Assembly: GCA_023138975.1 (NCBI GenBank)
Contig: JAGLON010000032.1
Span: 12,903 to 76,902 of the forward strand
Direction: 5' to 3'
DNA: 64,000 nucleotides
From: Candidatus Zixiibacteriota bacterium
GTDB taxonomy: Bacteria > Zixibacteria > MSB-5A5 > GN15 > JAAZOE01
The notes below the pieces were generated by a model. It did not search any database. It had not been told where the DNA came from and saw nothing but the letters and a program-made list of their open reading frames with translations. Shown here in pieces: positions 18,697-28,256 of the stretch (position 1 is the stretch's first letter; each line of letters starts with the position of its first letter). The position numbers were made by a program, and so were the translations under genes.

Positions 18697-19929
18697 TTAT
18701 TGTATTTTCTTCTGAACCAGTGATTTGATAGTCAATCCCTGCACCAGAATTGAAAAAATAACGACCACATACGTAATCGAGACGATTAAATCACGAGCGG
18801 CTCCCGCAGACAGTGAGAGCGCCAAGGCGATAGATATTCCACCCCGTAAACCGCCCCATGTCAAAATAATAGTAGCGTTGCGGGTAAATTGACGCCGGAA
18901 CTTTAATGCGGAAATTGCCGACCAGACGCTGATATACCTGGCTCCTAAAGTGAGTGGAATAGCAATGAGCCCGATGATTAAATAGTCGGTTGTAAAGGTT
19001 AGGATAAGCACTTCCATACCTATCCAGACAAATAAAATGGCGTTGAGAATCTCATCTATTAATTCCCAAAATTGATCCAGATGCATGCGGGTTGTTTCAG
19101 ACATTGCCAGACGCCGTCCATAGTTGCCGATTAATAATCCGGCGACAACAATCGCAATCGGACCGGAAGTGTGCAGCTGGGAGGCCAGAGCGTATCCTCC
19201 GCATACCAGAGCCAACGTCAGCAATATTTCAACGGCATAATCATCGACACCCTGGAGCATTTTAAAGGCAAGAAAACCAATACCGATTCCGAAAACAACT
19301 CCGCCGACGGCTTCCTCGACAAAGAGCATTATTATGTTTCCAGCATTAACTTCCCCACTACCAACCGCGATACCGACTAAAACGGTAAAGACTACGACAC
19401 CGACACCGTCGTTGAATAGCGACTCACCGGCTATTTTCGTTTCGAGTGATTTTGGTACCTTTATAGTTTTGATAAGGGCCAAGACCGCAACCGGATCGGT
19501 TGGCGCGATTAAGGCGCCGAATATCAGACAATAAATATAGGCGAATGAAAGTTCGAATAACGGTAAAATATAATAAAGCGCCGTTCCGACGATGAAAGTT
19601 GTCAGTATAACCCCACCGGTTGCCAGGGTGGCGACGACAAATTTCTGTTTGGCTAAATCGTTAATATTTATCTTGATGGCTCCGGCAAAGAGCAGGAAAC
19701 TCAGCATGCCATGCATGAGTGATTCGCCGAAATCAATTCCGTTAAGAAGTTCTTCGATTGGGGTTTTAAAATTGACGCCAAGTGCCGAAAGACCGATTAT
19801 GCCAAGCGACATGGCCAGCCCGATAACCATCAAGCCGATTGTTGACGGTAGTTTAATAAATTTGTAATTGATATAACTGGCCAGTGCGGCAATTGTAATA
19901 AAGATGGCAAAAGCGACAAATATATTCAT
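18697..19929 (-). CDS. Na+/H+ (cation:proton) antiporter, CPA1/NhaP type
   Basis: 410 aa and polytopic. Conserved APTDPVAV and ESLFNDG blocks. Confidence 0.8.
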   Translation of the reverse strand: MNIFVAFAIFITIAALASYINYKFIKLPSTIGLMVIGLAMSLGIIGLSALGVNFKTPIEELLNGIDFGESLMHGMLSFLLFAGAIKININDLAKQKFVVATLATGGVILTTFIVGTALYYILPLFELSFAYIYCLIFGALIAPTDPVAVLALIKTIKVPKSLETKIAGESLFNDGVGVVVFTVLVGIAVGSGEVNAGNIIMLFVEEAVGGVVFGIGIGFLAFKMLQGVDDYAVEILLTLALVCGGYALASQLHTSGPIAIVVAGLLIGNYGRRLAMSETTRMHLDQFWELIDEILNAILFVWIGMEVLILTFTTDYLIIGLIAIPLTLGARYISVWSAISALKFRRQFTRNATIILTWGGLRGGISIALALSLSAGAARDLIVSITYVVVIFSILVQGLTIKSLVQKKIQ

Positions 19930-20045
19930 ACAAAATCTTCTAAATTGATCGGTTTACGATATCAAGTATAGAGAAAGATAGAAGCTATGTAAAGAATAAT
20001 ATATTGCAATATGGTGCCGGGAGGATAATGCTCCCGGCAGATACT

Positions 20046-20402
20046 TTATTCGTTGGATTTAAAAAGACCGATAACGTTTCCGTCAATATCGGAAAACATG
20101 GCAAAACTTCCAACATTAGGGATAGGTGATGGCGGCACAACTGTTTTTCCTCCGAGCGATTCGGCCTTATCCAGATAAGCCTGTAAATCATCGACTTGAA
20201 TATAAAATGTGACCGACGGCGGGGTGTCATCCTTTGTTTCGGTGATACCGCCCCCGATTGAGTTGTCACCTTCGGCGTCAACCAGACCATATGGCATACC
20301 ACCAAATTCCTTGATTGTCCAGCCAAAGAGATTCTGATAAAAATCATGTGCCTTTTTATAGTCTTTTGAGCTGATTTCAAAATGTACGACAGGTTGTCCC
20401 AT
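20046..20402 (-). CDS. VOC (glyoxalase/bleomycin-resistance-like) family protein
   Basis: 118 aa. N-terminal VVHFEI...AHDFYQNLFGW is the pattern typical of small VOC proteins. Confidence 0.7.
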   Translation of the reverse strand: MGQPVVHFEISSKDYKKAHDFYQNLFGWTIKEFGGMPYGLVDAEGDNSIGGGITETKDDTPPSVTFYIQVDDLQAYLDKAESLGGKTVVPPSPIPNVGSFAMFSDIDGNVIGLFKSNE

Positions 20403-20513
20403 TACTCTCTCCTTGTATATCAGTTATAGATGTGTTTGTTTTTGAGTCAGGCCTATTATCTATACGCTGTCGAGGTCAAATTGGTAGCAGGCAGTTGGCA
20501 TATTTATATCACA

Positions 20514-20545
20514 TATTAAAAAAGGGCTCATGGTGAGCCCTTTTT
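20514..20545 (-). terminator. Intrinsic terminator after the aminopeptidase gene
   Basis: Hairpin GGGCTCA-TGG-TGAGCCC flanked by an A-run (a T-run on the minus strand) and TTTT. Confidence 0.6.
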
Positions 20546-20571
20546 CGAGTCATCTTTAATTGAAATTGAAG

Positions 20572-21696
20572 TTATGCCAGAGCCTTTTTTGTGAATTTGC
20601 CCTTGAGCGCTGGAATTACGAACTGACCGTTTTTGCGAATGAGTTTATTGTCGAACCAAATTTCACCGCCGCCGTAATCATTGCGCTGGATGAGAACCAG
20701 ATCCCAATGAATGGCAGAATTATTTCCATTAGGGGCAGAATCGTAGCAGCGTCCCGGGGTCAAATGAAATGAGCCGTCAATTTTCTCATCAAACAGCGTA
20801 TCCTTCATTGGATGCTTTATCAAGGGGTTTACCCCGAGTGCGAATTCTCCCACAAAGCGGGCTCCGGCATCGGTATCAAGTATTTTATTGAGTCTCTCGG
20901 TCTCATTCGAGCAGGTTGCTTTAATTATTTTACCGTTCTTAAACTCAAAACGAATATCTTCAAAGACAGTACCTTCGTAGAGTGAAGGAGTATTATAAGC
21001 GATAACGCCGTTGATGGAATTTTTAACCGGCGCGGTAAAAACTTCTCCATCGGGGATATTGCGGTGCCCGTCGCATTTGATCGCCGTCATACCTTTGATA
21101 GAAAAGGTCAAATCGGTGCCTTTGGCTTTAATTCGAACCTTATCTGTTTTCTCCATCAGTTTTTTCAGAGGATCCATAGCTTTAGACATTTTGGCGTAGT
21201 TGATACAGCATACATCGTAGTAAAATTCTTCAAACACTTCTCTGGGCTGCATCGCCAGTTGAGCCATTGAATCATTAGGGTAGCGCATAGCAACCCAGCG
21301 CGCCTTTTTTATTATCTGATTGAGAATAACAGGCTGTCCGTAAAGCTTTTTGAACATAGCCATTTTTTCCGGCGGGACGTCATTTAGATCAAAGGCGTTA
21401 TTCGATCCCGCAATACTGATATAGCAGTCAGTACGCTTGGTTAGATTCAAGTGAAATGCCGCGAATTTCTTTATCTGTTCCTCGTTATTATAAAGCAGGA
21501 ATTGGCGGAACATGGCATCATCATTATAATACCAGAAGGGAACGCCACCGGCTTTGGTTACCTTTTTAATCAGTGATTTTCCAAGCTCTATAGAATCGGT
21601 TCCTTTGATAGCAAGGTAAACCAGATCGCCTTTTTTTACTTTACAGGAATAGTTTACGAGTAAATCGGCTAATTTGTCATTGCGGGGATCTTTCAT
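20572..21696 (-). CDS. Aminopeptidase, peptidase family M29 (AmpS/PepS-like)
   Basis: 374 aa. Blocks GEFALGVNP, LFDEKIDGSFHLTPG and HWDLV, plus overall length, fit M29. Confidence 0.75.
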   Translation of the reverse strand: MKDPRNDKLADLLVNYSCKVKKGDLVYLAIKGTDSIELGKSLIKKVTKAGGVPFWYYNDDAMFRQFLLYNNEEQIKKFAAFHLNLTKRTDCYISIAGSNNAFDLNDVPPEKMAMFKKLYGQPVILNQIIKKARWVAMRYPNDSMAQLAMQPREVFEEFYYDVCCINYAKMSKAMDPLKKLMEKTDKVRIKAKGTDLTFSIKGMTAIKCDGHRNIPDGEVFTAPVKNSINGVIAYNTPSLYEGTVFEDIRFEFKNGKIIKATCSNETERLNKILDTDAGARFVGEFALGVNPLIKHPMKDTLFDEKIDGSFHLTPGRCYDSAPNGNNSAIHWDLVLIQRNDYGGGEIWFDNKLIRKNGQFVIPALKGKFTKKALA

Positions 21697-21830
21697 ACAT
21701 ATCTCCTAAAGTAATTCCGCAAAAGCGGATAAACCATTTTGTCTCAAGCGACTAATTTACAAAAATATGAAATAATGACAAGGGCGGGACAAAGAAAAGA
21801 TGCTTTCTTTCCACAACATCTCCCACGTTA

Positions 21831-21859
21831 TTTAAACTGACCCACTACCATAATCATCT
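21831..21859. repeat. Solo third copy of the IS terminal repeat
   Basis: The 20-mer TTTAAACTGACCCACTACCA is identical to 9909-9928, in the same orientation as the right IR. No transposase gene is adjacent. Confidence 0.6.
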
Positions 21860-22154
21860 CGGAATAGGCTAAAATAAACTGTTTTTTAGAAAGAGGCTGC
21901 TTTGTTTCCTGATGTTAAGAGTGATGTTCTAAAGGTCGATAATATAAATAGGAATAATCCGGTGTGCTATGCTGGAGAAAAAGGGGTCCTCTACTACATT
22001 ATATAAAGTATACATTACGTGAGTTCGCATTGGAGAACAAATCGAGTGTGTGGGCATATTAATTCTGAGGAAAAACAGTTATTGGATAAATAATTGAGGA
22101 AGTGTATGTTAAATAGCAGTAATGGTCATGTTCGGACAGTTATGAAGTGAGTTT

Positions 22155-23087
22155 ATGTTTACGATGACTGATTATAATATTCTCATAGTTGATGATAATT
22201 CCGAAGATATAGAATTATATCGAAGAATACTTGAGTGCGAATCCGAGTCAGATTTCAATATCCAATCAGCAGAAACAGGGACCAATGCTTTATCTATGTG
22301 CAAGGATAGGCAGCCTGATTGTATTCTGCTGGACTATATGCTTCCGGATATGACCGGTTTGGAATTTATGCAAAAAATAAATATAAAGTTTGGACATAAT
22401 AAATTCCCGGTAATCATGTTAACCAGTCAAGGAGATGAGAATATTGCTGTAGCAGCCATGAAATCCGGCTGTCAGGATTATATCCAAAAAGTAAATATCT
22501 CTACGAAGTCATTAAAACCAGCTATAATAAAAGCGTTAGAGAACATAAATATTTCCAGAAAACAGAATGAATACCGGCGCGAGCTTGAGCGGCTGGTAGA
22601 ATATGATGAATTGACCGGACTGTTCAACCGCCGGGCTATTTTACAAATGTATGAACTGGAATACAATCGGGCGTTGCGGTTCAATCATGAACTGACAGTA
22701 ATCATGCTGGATATTGATTATTTTAAGAGTATAAATGATCGCCATGGTCATTTTATGGGCGATGTCGTATTGCGGAGCTTCGCCAATGCCATATCCAGAA
22801 CAACCCGAAGTATTGATATCTCCGGCCGATTCGGTGGTGAGGAGTTCCTGATTATTCTTCCGGGTACCAATATGCACGGAGGACTAATAATAGCCGAAAA
22901 GATTCGGAGTCGGATAGAACGTCAGACTCATTTTTCTGATTCGGGTTCAATGATCAAAGTTACCTGTAGTCTTGGCGTGGCTTCGATAGACGGAGGACGA
23001 AAATCAAAAGAATCCGTTTTGGAACTATCAGACCGGGCGCTCTATACAGCCAAAAAAAATGGACGTAATCAAGTAGCAAGCAACTAA
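22155..23087 (+). CDS. Response regulator receiver + GGDEF diguanylate cyclase
   Basis: 310 aa. REC domain (ILIVDDN ... ILLDYMLPDMTG), GGDEF domain with GGEEF and RxxD-like context. Confidence 0.9.
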   Translation: MFTMTDYNILIVDDNSEDIELYRRILECESESDFNIQSAETGTNALSMCKDRQPDCILLDYMLPDMTGLEFMQKINIKFGHNKFPVIMLTSQGDENIAVAAMKSGCQDYIQKVNISTKSLKPAIIKALENINISRKQNEYRRELERLVEYDELTGLFNRRAILQMYELEYNRALRFNHELTVIMLDIDYFKSINDRHGHFMGDVVLRSFANAISRTTRSIDISGRFGGEEFLIILPGTNMHGGLIIAEKIRSRIERQTHFSDSGSMIKVTCSLGVASIDGGRKSKESVLELSDRALYTAKKNGRNQVASN

Positions 23088-23121
23088 TTCTTGCCTGGGG
23101 ATACCTGCTGAAATAAAAAAT

Positions 23122-23160
23122 GGCAAAAAAAACGGCGCCAAAAAGGCGCCGTTTTTTTTA
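23122..23160. terminator. Bidirectional intrinsic terminator between convergent genes
   Basis: A-run, hairpin ACGGCGCC-AAAAA-GGCGCCGT, then a T-run. Confidence 0.75.
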
Positions 23161-23168
23161 TAAACTAA

Positions 23169-26030
23169 TTAGAATGTTTGCGAGAGACGCATTATTGTCA
23201 GGCGGCCAATCTCAGGCGCGCCGATAAACTCAATATGACGATTGTCAAGTACATTTTGAATTGTCAACGAGATATGCGTGTTATGGACAAAATCCAATCC
23301 CGCACTGAAATCTACAAGATTGTAAGATGCGATTGAACTTCCAAAAAACGGGCTGTCCATATCAAAGGCATCAATAAATCTGAATCTTAATTGAGCGCTT
23401 AAACTCCTTGCGGGAATCATGTATTGTACATGAAAACCAAATTTATGCTTTGGTGAGTTCAAATTAATGTCGTGGGGTTGATCGTCAGATTTCTCAAAGA
23501 AATTCTTGGTGATATACGAGTAGTTTCCACCAAAATTCAAATTCTGATTCAAGTGATAGTCAAATGACATATCCGCTCCATAAAAAGAGATATCACCAAA
23601 GTTACGATAGGTTACAAAGACGGCCGTCGGATCATAGGCTTCATCCGGAGTGACTGTGCCGAACGGAATACTACCCGCGCCAGAGGTAAACATGGCTGTT
23701 AATTCATCAACGACAGTTCCATTGCCATTGCCGCCCATGGCAGGACTATCAAGAGCCATTAATGTGGTTGCCTCGTCTGCATATGCTGGATCGCCTAAGG
23801 TTGTCGTAAACTGACCTCCCAAGTAAGCCTGCAAAGTAGCCGGGTCGAGAAATACATTTGGCGATTCAACCGAAAGCGGTCCAATGAAATCATTCTTTTT
23901 AGTCCGGTAAACATTGCCGCTGAATTTCAGCCGGTTGCCGATGATACCGTTGTAACCGATCTCAAAAGTCTGGGTAATCGTCGGTTTCAAGCGCTCAATA
24001 TCAGAGATGTCATCCACTGAGGACGATTGATGTAGACCGGTGCTGGTGTTTAAAGTCATTAAGCTATTATTAACGCCGCTCACAAATTCCGTGGTAACCG
24101 TGTCCATCGCTATGGATAAAGCATCAATCATGCCCTGAGGAACATTATTGGCAGCCATTTTAGCTTGAAATCCGGCGATGGTGGCGCCCCGGCCAATGTT
24201 CCACATGACATTAGTGAACATCGGGTCATTGAAGTTAATATAATCTGAAGTACTAAGGCCGGCCGCCGGAGCAAAAGAAGAGCGGAATTGAGGTCCCTGA
24301 TCATTTATACGCCAATGAAAACCGCTTTCAGGGACACCCTGAACTCGGATGTCAATTTCCGGACGGAAGTGGAGGCTCGGTTCGAACAGATCACCGATAC
24401 CACCCATGTCATTTAACTTCAGCAAATCAAGGTAAAGATTATTATTGTCCGGGGTGCTGTAGGCTCGATTATACGTCAGGCGAACACTATGATTTGCCTT
24501 CGGTTGATAAACGAGGGCGGCGCGCGGAGAAATAACATTATCCGTGAGCCGGTTATTATTATCAATTCGAGCCGCTGTAACCAGCTTTAGTTTCTGGTTG
24601 ATTTTTAAGTCCGACTGCAGATAGAGGCCATATTCATCAATATTGTCATCGCCCTCATTACGGCCGTTAATGGTACGGTCGGTATCGGGACGGGTAAGCA
24701 GCATATCAAAGCCGTAGGTCAGCGTTAATGGCTCAACCGGTTTTACAAAATGTTGAATTTGTCCGGCCCAGAGCTTCGAACGATCAACAATCAATTGCCC
24801 GGTTTCCAGTAGGTAGGTATCGCCGGCATCACTACTGTTTACGAAACTTTGCACGAACAAGTCCTTATACCGATATCTTGCTTGTGCAAAAGCATAAGTC
24901 CAGTCTATTGCCTGTGCCGCTCCGAGGCCGGTCAACTCAATACTGCTGGCCCGGCTGAAGCCGCTGTTTAAGATGAGCGAAGAATGTTCTCCTATAAGAA
25001 AATCAATACGTCCTTCACCGGCCATTTTTTCAATACCGTAGTCTCTTTTATTCAGGAAAACATCACCCTCAAATTTCGGTCCGGTTGCCGATGTGCGATA
25101 GAGCCTGATACTATCCGGTTCGGTCGGCTCGGTATGCTTCCAGTCACGCCCCTGATAATACTGTCCTGAGAATTTATAGGCGACTTTATTACTAATAAGC
25201 CCGGCATGGCGGAATGAGCCAAGCATTAACTCCCGCTCACCACCACCGATACTTACTTGAGTGCCTTGTTCCGAAAACGGCGATTTAGTTATTATATGCA
25301 TTACGCCGCCAGCCGAGTTTGGTCCATAAAGGGCCGAACCTGGACCTAATACGATCTCAATTCGCTCAATATCCTCGTTTGTCGTCGCAATAAAATTATA
25401 AGCGTTAAATCGTAGAGAAGGTACCCGGGCAATGCGGTTGTCAGTGAGGACTAACAACGATCCCGAAAATATATTGTTAAACCCTCGGACCACAACATTT
25501 GATTGATTTAGTCCGGTTGTGGCAACATCGACTGCAGGCATACCTTTGATATGCTCGGTCGGAGTTAAAGTAGCGCGGTTTTCTATGTTTTCTGATTCTA
25601 AGACGCTAACCGCCGCTGGCGACTCAAGTATTTTTTCCTGACGCCTTGAAGCGGTTACTGAAACCGCATCAAAATTTATATAGGTCGGTGATAATTCAGA
25701 ATTAAGAGTTTTATTGTCGCGCTCGGCCAGAGTGATATTATCATATGTCTGGGACGCGAAACCCATCGATGAAACAATGACTGTGTAAATTCCGGCAGGA
25801 AGGCTCTCAAGTTTGAAATTTCCCTCCAAGTCAGTTACCGTACCGGTCTTTTTAAAATCACTATTATCGGATGAAATCGCCACAGTGACTCTGTACATGG
25901 CCATTCCATCGGTTTTATCAGTTATCTTGCCGGAAATAGCGCCCGCATACACAAAAGTATGCATTATCATAAATAGTGCTGCGGTAAAAATAACCGCTGT
26001 AAAAAACCCCTTCCGATGGCGTAATTTCAT
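23169..26030 (-). CDS. TonB-dependent outer-membrane receptor with an N-terminal CarboxypepD_reg-like domain
   Basis: ORF 23169-26093 (GTG) trimmed to the ATG at 26030, which has GGAGG 5 nt upstream and the signal peptide MKLRHRKGFFTAVIFTAALFMIMHTFVYA. Plug-domain blocks (VVVRGFN, IEIVLGPGSALYG) and a C-terminal ...LSQTF. Confidence 0.85.
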   Translation of the reverse strand: MKLRHRKGFFTAVIFTAALFMIMHTFVYAGAISGKITDKTDGMAMYRVTVAISSDNSDFKKTGTVTDLEGNFKLESLPAGIYTVIVSSMGFASQTYDNITLAERDNKTLNSELSPTYINFDAVSVTASRRQEKILESPAAVSVLESENIENRATLTPTEHIKGMPAVDVATTGLNQSNVVVRGFNNIFSGSLLVLTDNRIARVPSLRFNAYNFIATTNEDIERIEIVLGPGSALYGPNSAGGVMHIITKSPFSEQGTQVSIGGGERELMLGSFRHAGLISNKVAYKFSGQYYQGRDWKHTEPTEPDSIRLYRTSATGPKFEGDVFLNKRDYGIEKMAGEGRIDFLIGEHSSLILNSGFSRASSIELTGLGAAQAIDWTYAFAQARYRYKDLFVQSFVNSSDAGDTYLLETGQLIVDRSKLWAGQIQHFVKPVEPLTLTYGFDMLLTRPDTDRTINGRNEGDDNIDEYGLYLQSDLKINQKLKLVTAARIDNNNRLTDNVISPRAALVYQPKANHSVRLTYNRAYSTPDNNNLYLDLLKLNDMGGIGDLFEPSLHFRPEIDIRVQGVPESGFHWRINDQGPQFRSSFAPAAGLSTSDYINFNDPMFTNVMWNIGRGATIAGFQAKMAANNVPQGMIDALSIAMDTVTTEFVSGVNNSLMTLNTSTGLHQSSSVDDISDIERLKPTITQTFEIGYNGIIGNRLKFSGNVYRTKKNDFIGPLSVESPNVFLDPATLQAYLGGQFTTTLGDPAYADEATTLMALDSPAMGGNGNGTVVDELTAMFTSGAGSIPFGTVTPDEAYDPTAVFVTYRNFGDISFYGADMSFDYHLNQNLNFGGNYSYITKNFFEKSDDQPHDINLNSPKHKFGFHVQYMIPARSLSAQLRFRFIDAFDMDSPFFGSSIASYNLVDFSAGLDFVHNTHISLTIQNVLDNRHIEFIGAPEIGRLTIMRLSQTF

Positions 26031-26346
26031 GCTAGCCTCCATATAATGGATTTGTTTTATCTTAATTCGATTTAATAAAAAGTATACGACCACAGTGTGT
26101 ACTGCATGGTATAATATTCCATGTTAACTTAAATGGTAGTCCCCTTTGTGAAGCATTAATTATAGTATATTAGGCGATAGAAATCAAGTGAGCAGGGAAG
26201 AATTAACAAATGCGGTAACGCGGTGATCTATCAGCTATGGCTTGCTCTATAATGTTTTTATAGCCTTCGAAAGGTTGTTCAGGTCTCAATTGGCATAATA
26301 GTATGAGTATAATCTGTTGCTGCACAATAAGGAAATAAATTACTTC

Positions 26347-26374
26347 TTGACAAAATCAAGTTTTCTACTATACT
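26347..26374 (+). promoter_or_regulatory. Sigma70-type promoter of the trp leader/operon
   Basis: TTGACA (26347-26352), N16, TATACT (26369-26374), located 25 nt upstream of the leader ATG. Confidence 0.6.
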
Positions 26375-26398
26375 GGCCATAAGGAGTTATGTTTTAAA

Positions 26399-26476
26399 AT
26401 GAAGCTAAATTTGCACACAAAGACCGATAGTTTGACATCGCACCATTGGTGGTGGCACAAGGGGTATATCCGGTAG
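26399..26476 (+). CDS. trp operon leader peptide with three consecutive Trp codons
   Basis: AAGGAG lies 12 nt upstream of the ATG. Translation is MKLNLHTKTDSLTSHHWWWHKGYIR*. An intrinsic terminator starts 42 nt downstream. Confidence 0.7.
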   Translation: MKLNLHTKTDSLTSHHWWWHKGYIR

Positions 26477-26517
26477 TGTGCTTATTTTGACATAAACTCT
26501 GATGAGTAGAAAAATTT

Positions 26518-26552
26518 TAGCCCGCTATCGGAAAATGATGGCGGGTTTTTTT
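26518..26552 (+). terminator. Attenuator terminator 1 of the trp leader
   Basis: CCCGCTATC-GGAAAAT-GATGGCGGG followed by seven Ts. Confidence 0.7.
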
Positions 26553-26638
26553 GTTGCTAGTAAGGATTGATGCTCAAGATGCAGATGACAGATAAAATAG
26601 AAAGTTATTTCAATTCCGATTTAAAAATAAAGTCTCGG

Positions 26639-26725
26639 TTGCTGGTGTTGGGGTGTGTTTGGTCTTGGTGGCGCAACGACAACCAAATGTTGATAGCAAC
26701 CCGCAGAAAACTAGATTTTTATTAG
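26639..26725 (+). promoter_or_regulatory. Possible second Trp-rich leader ORF (non-ATG start, speculative)
   Basis: The frame TTG CTG GTG TTG GGG TGT GTT TGG TCT TGG TGG ... TAG would encode (M)LVLGCVWSWWRNDNQMLIATRRKLDFY*. No clear SD. It ends 24 nt before the second terminator. Confidence 0.25.
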
Positions 26726-26748
26726 TAATCTATAGATGTTTTGAATAA

Positions 26749-26784
26749 AGCCCGCTATCAGCAGAGATAGCGGGCTTTTTTTTT
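26749..26784 (+). terminator. Attenuator terminator 2, immediately upstream of trpE
   Basis: AGCCCGCTATC-AGCAGA-GATAGCGGGCT followed by nine Ts. The stem sequence is nearly the same as in terminator 1. Confidence 0.65.
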
Positions 26785-26795
26785 GAAAGGATAAG

Positions 26796-28256
26796 ATGAA
26801 AACATCACCCTGTTGTATTAAAAGTGAAATTCGGTTTACCAGCATGAAGGTTCTCAAACATGACATGCCTGCTGATTTGGAAACGCCGGTTTCGGCATTT
26901 CTAAAGCTACAGAAAATAGGTGCCAGAATTCTCCTTGAAAGTGTCGAAAGTACCGGGATATTGGGACGATATTCATTTATCGGTATGAAACCGAAATCTC
27001 GGATTGTTTTGTCTGATACTGAATTGAGAATTGAAAACGGTGGTGCGCCTCAGGTCATTCCACTACAAACGGAGTGTAATCCTCTGGATTTAATTCGAGA
27101 ATATCTCCGGCAATATAAAATGGAAACGGCCGAAAATCAACCGGGTCTGTTGGGTGGAGCGGTAGGCTATATCGGATATGATGCGGTCAGGCATTTTGAG
27201 ACAATCCCCAATAACACCCGGGATTACCTGGACCTGCCGCAAGCATTGCTGTATCTCATTGATACTCTTGTCGTTTTTGATCATGTAAGCCGTCAATTAA
27301 GTATTCTGTGCCTCCACTCAGAAGACACCGTAGCAAAAGCAGAAGATAAACAGCAGCAGATTATTCAGGCATTGCAGACTCCGCTTAACGCAACTTCATC
27401 AGAGGCGGTTGACCAAAGTAGTGAAAAAACAACTACGAACTTCGAGGAAGCCGAGTTTTGCAAGGCAGTAAATAAAGTAAAACAGCACATTGTTGACGGT
27501 GAAGTATATCAATTGGTGCTATCCCGCAGAGTGCATGGCCAAACTGAAGCCGAGCCGTTTCAAATATACCGTGCTTTGCGTATGCTCAATCCCTCACCGT
27601 ATATGTTCTTTCTTGATTTCGACGAGGTTATCCTAATTGGCTCCTCCCCGGAAGCGTTAGTAAAACTTGAAGACGGTATTGCGACGGTTCGACCTATTGC
27701 CGGTACTCGTCCCAGAGGCAGGACTCAAGAAGAAGACACCGCCCTTTCAAACGATCTTATTCATGATGAGAAAGAGCGCGCCGAGCATGTCATGTTAGTG
27801 GATCTGGGTAGAAATGATTTGGGTCGGTGCTGTGAATTTGGATCGGTCAATGTTTCTGAGTTCATGACCATCGAAAAATACTCGCATGTTATTCATCTGA
27901 CATCCAATGTGAATGGTAAGCTAAATCCGGGACTCGATCAATTTGATTTGTTCAAAGCGACGTTCCCGGCTGGGACGGTTTCGGGAGCTCCCAAAATCCG
28001 CTCAATGCAACTTATCGAGGAATTGGAAAAAGATAAGCGCGGTCCTTATGCCGGAGCTATTGGCTACTTTAGTCTGACGGGAAATACCGATTGGTGTATA
28101 GGTATCCGGACGATTGTCATGAAAGGTAAAGATTACTTTTTACAGGCCGGAGCTGGGATTGTCGCTGATTCGGTACCACTCAATGAATTTCAAGAGACCA
28201 ATGCGAAACTCGCAGCACTCAGAAAAGCAATTCAAAGCGCAGAGGAGGGATTCTAA
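26796..28256 (+). CDS. trpE: Anthranilate synthase component I
   Basis: 486 aa. LLESVE, GAVGYIGYD, NPSPYMFF, GTRPRG, EHVMLVDLGRND, RGPYAGAIGY, GAGIVADS. Confidence 0.95.
   Translation: MKTSPCCIKSEIRFTSMKVLKHDMPADLETPVSAFLKLQKIGARILLESVESTGILGRYSFIGMKPKSRIVLSDTELRIENGGAPQVIPLQTECNPLDLIREYLRQYKMETAENQPGLLGGAVGYIGYDAVRHFETIPNNTRDYLDLPQALLYLIDTLVVFDHVSRQLSILCLHSEDTVAKAEDKQQQIIQALQTPLNATSSEAVDQSSEKTTTNFEEAEFCKAVNKVKQHIVDGEVYQLVLSRRVHGQTEAEPFQIYRALRMLNPSPYMFFLDFDEVILIGSSPEALVKLEDGIATVRPIAGTRPRGRTQEEDTALSNDLIHDEKERAEHVMLVDLGRNDLGRCCEFGSVNVSEFMTIEKYSHVIHLTSNVNGKLNPGLDQFDLFKATFPAGTVSGAPKIRSMQLIEELEKDKRGPYAGAIGYFSLTGNTDWCIGIRTIVMKGKDYFLQAGAGIVADSVPLNEFQETNAKLAALRKAIQSAEEGF

Noticed and set aside
26560-26790. 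Possible T-box riboswitch (GGTGGCGCAACG resembles part of the T-box sequence) between the two trp terminators
   Set aside because: I could not find a Stem I specifier loop, a GA/K-turn motif or a full T-box consensus. The Trp-codon-rich frame plus terminator fits peptide-mediated attenuation better. The question is left open under the attenuator finding.
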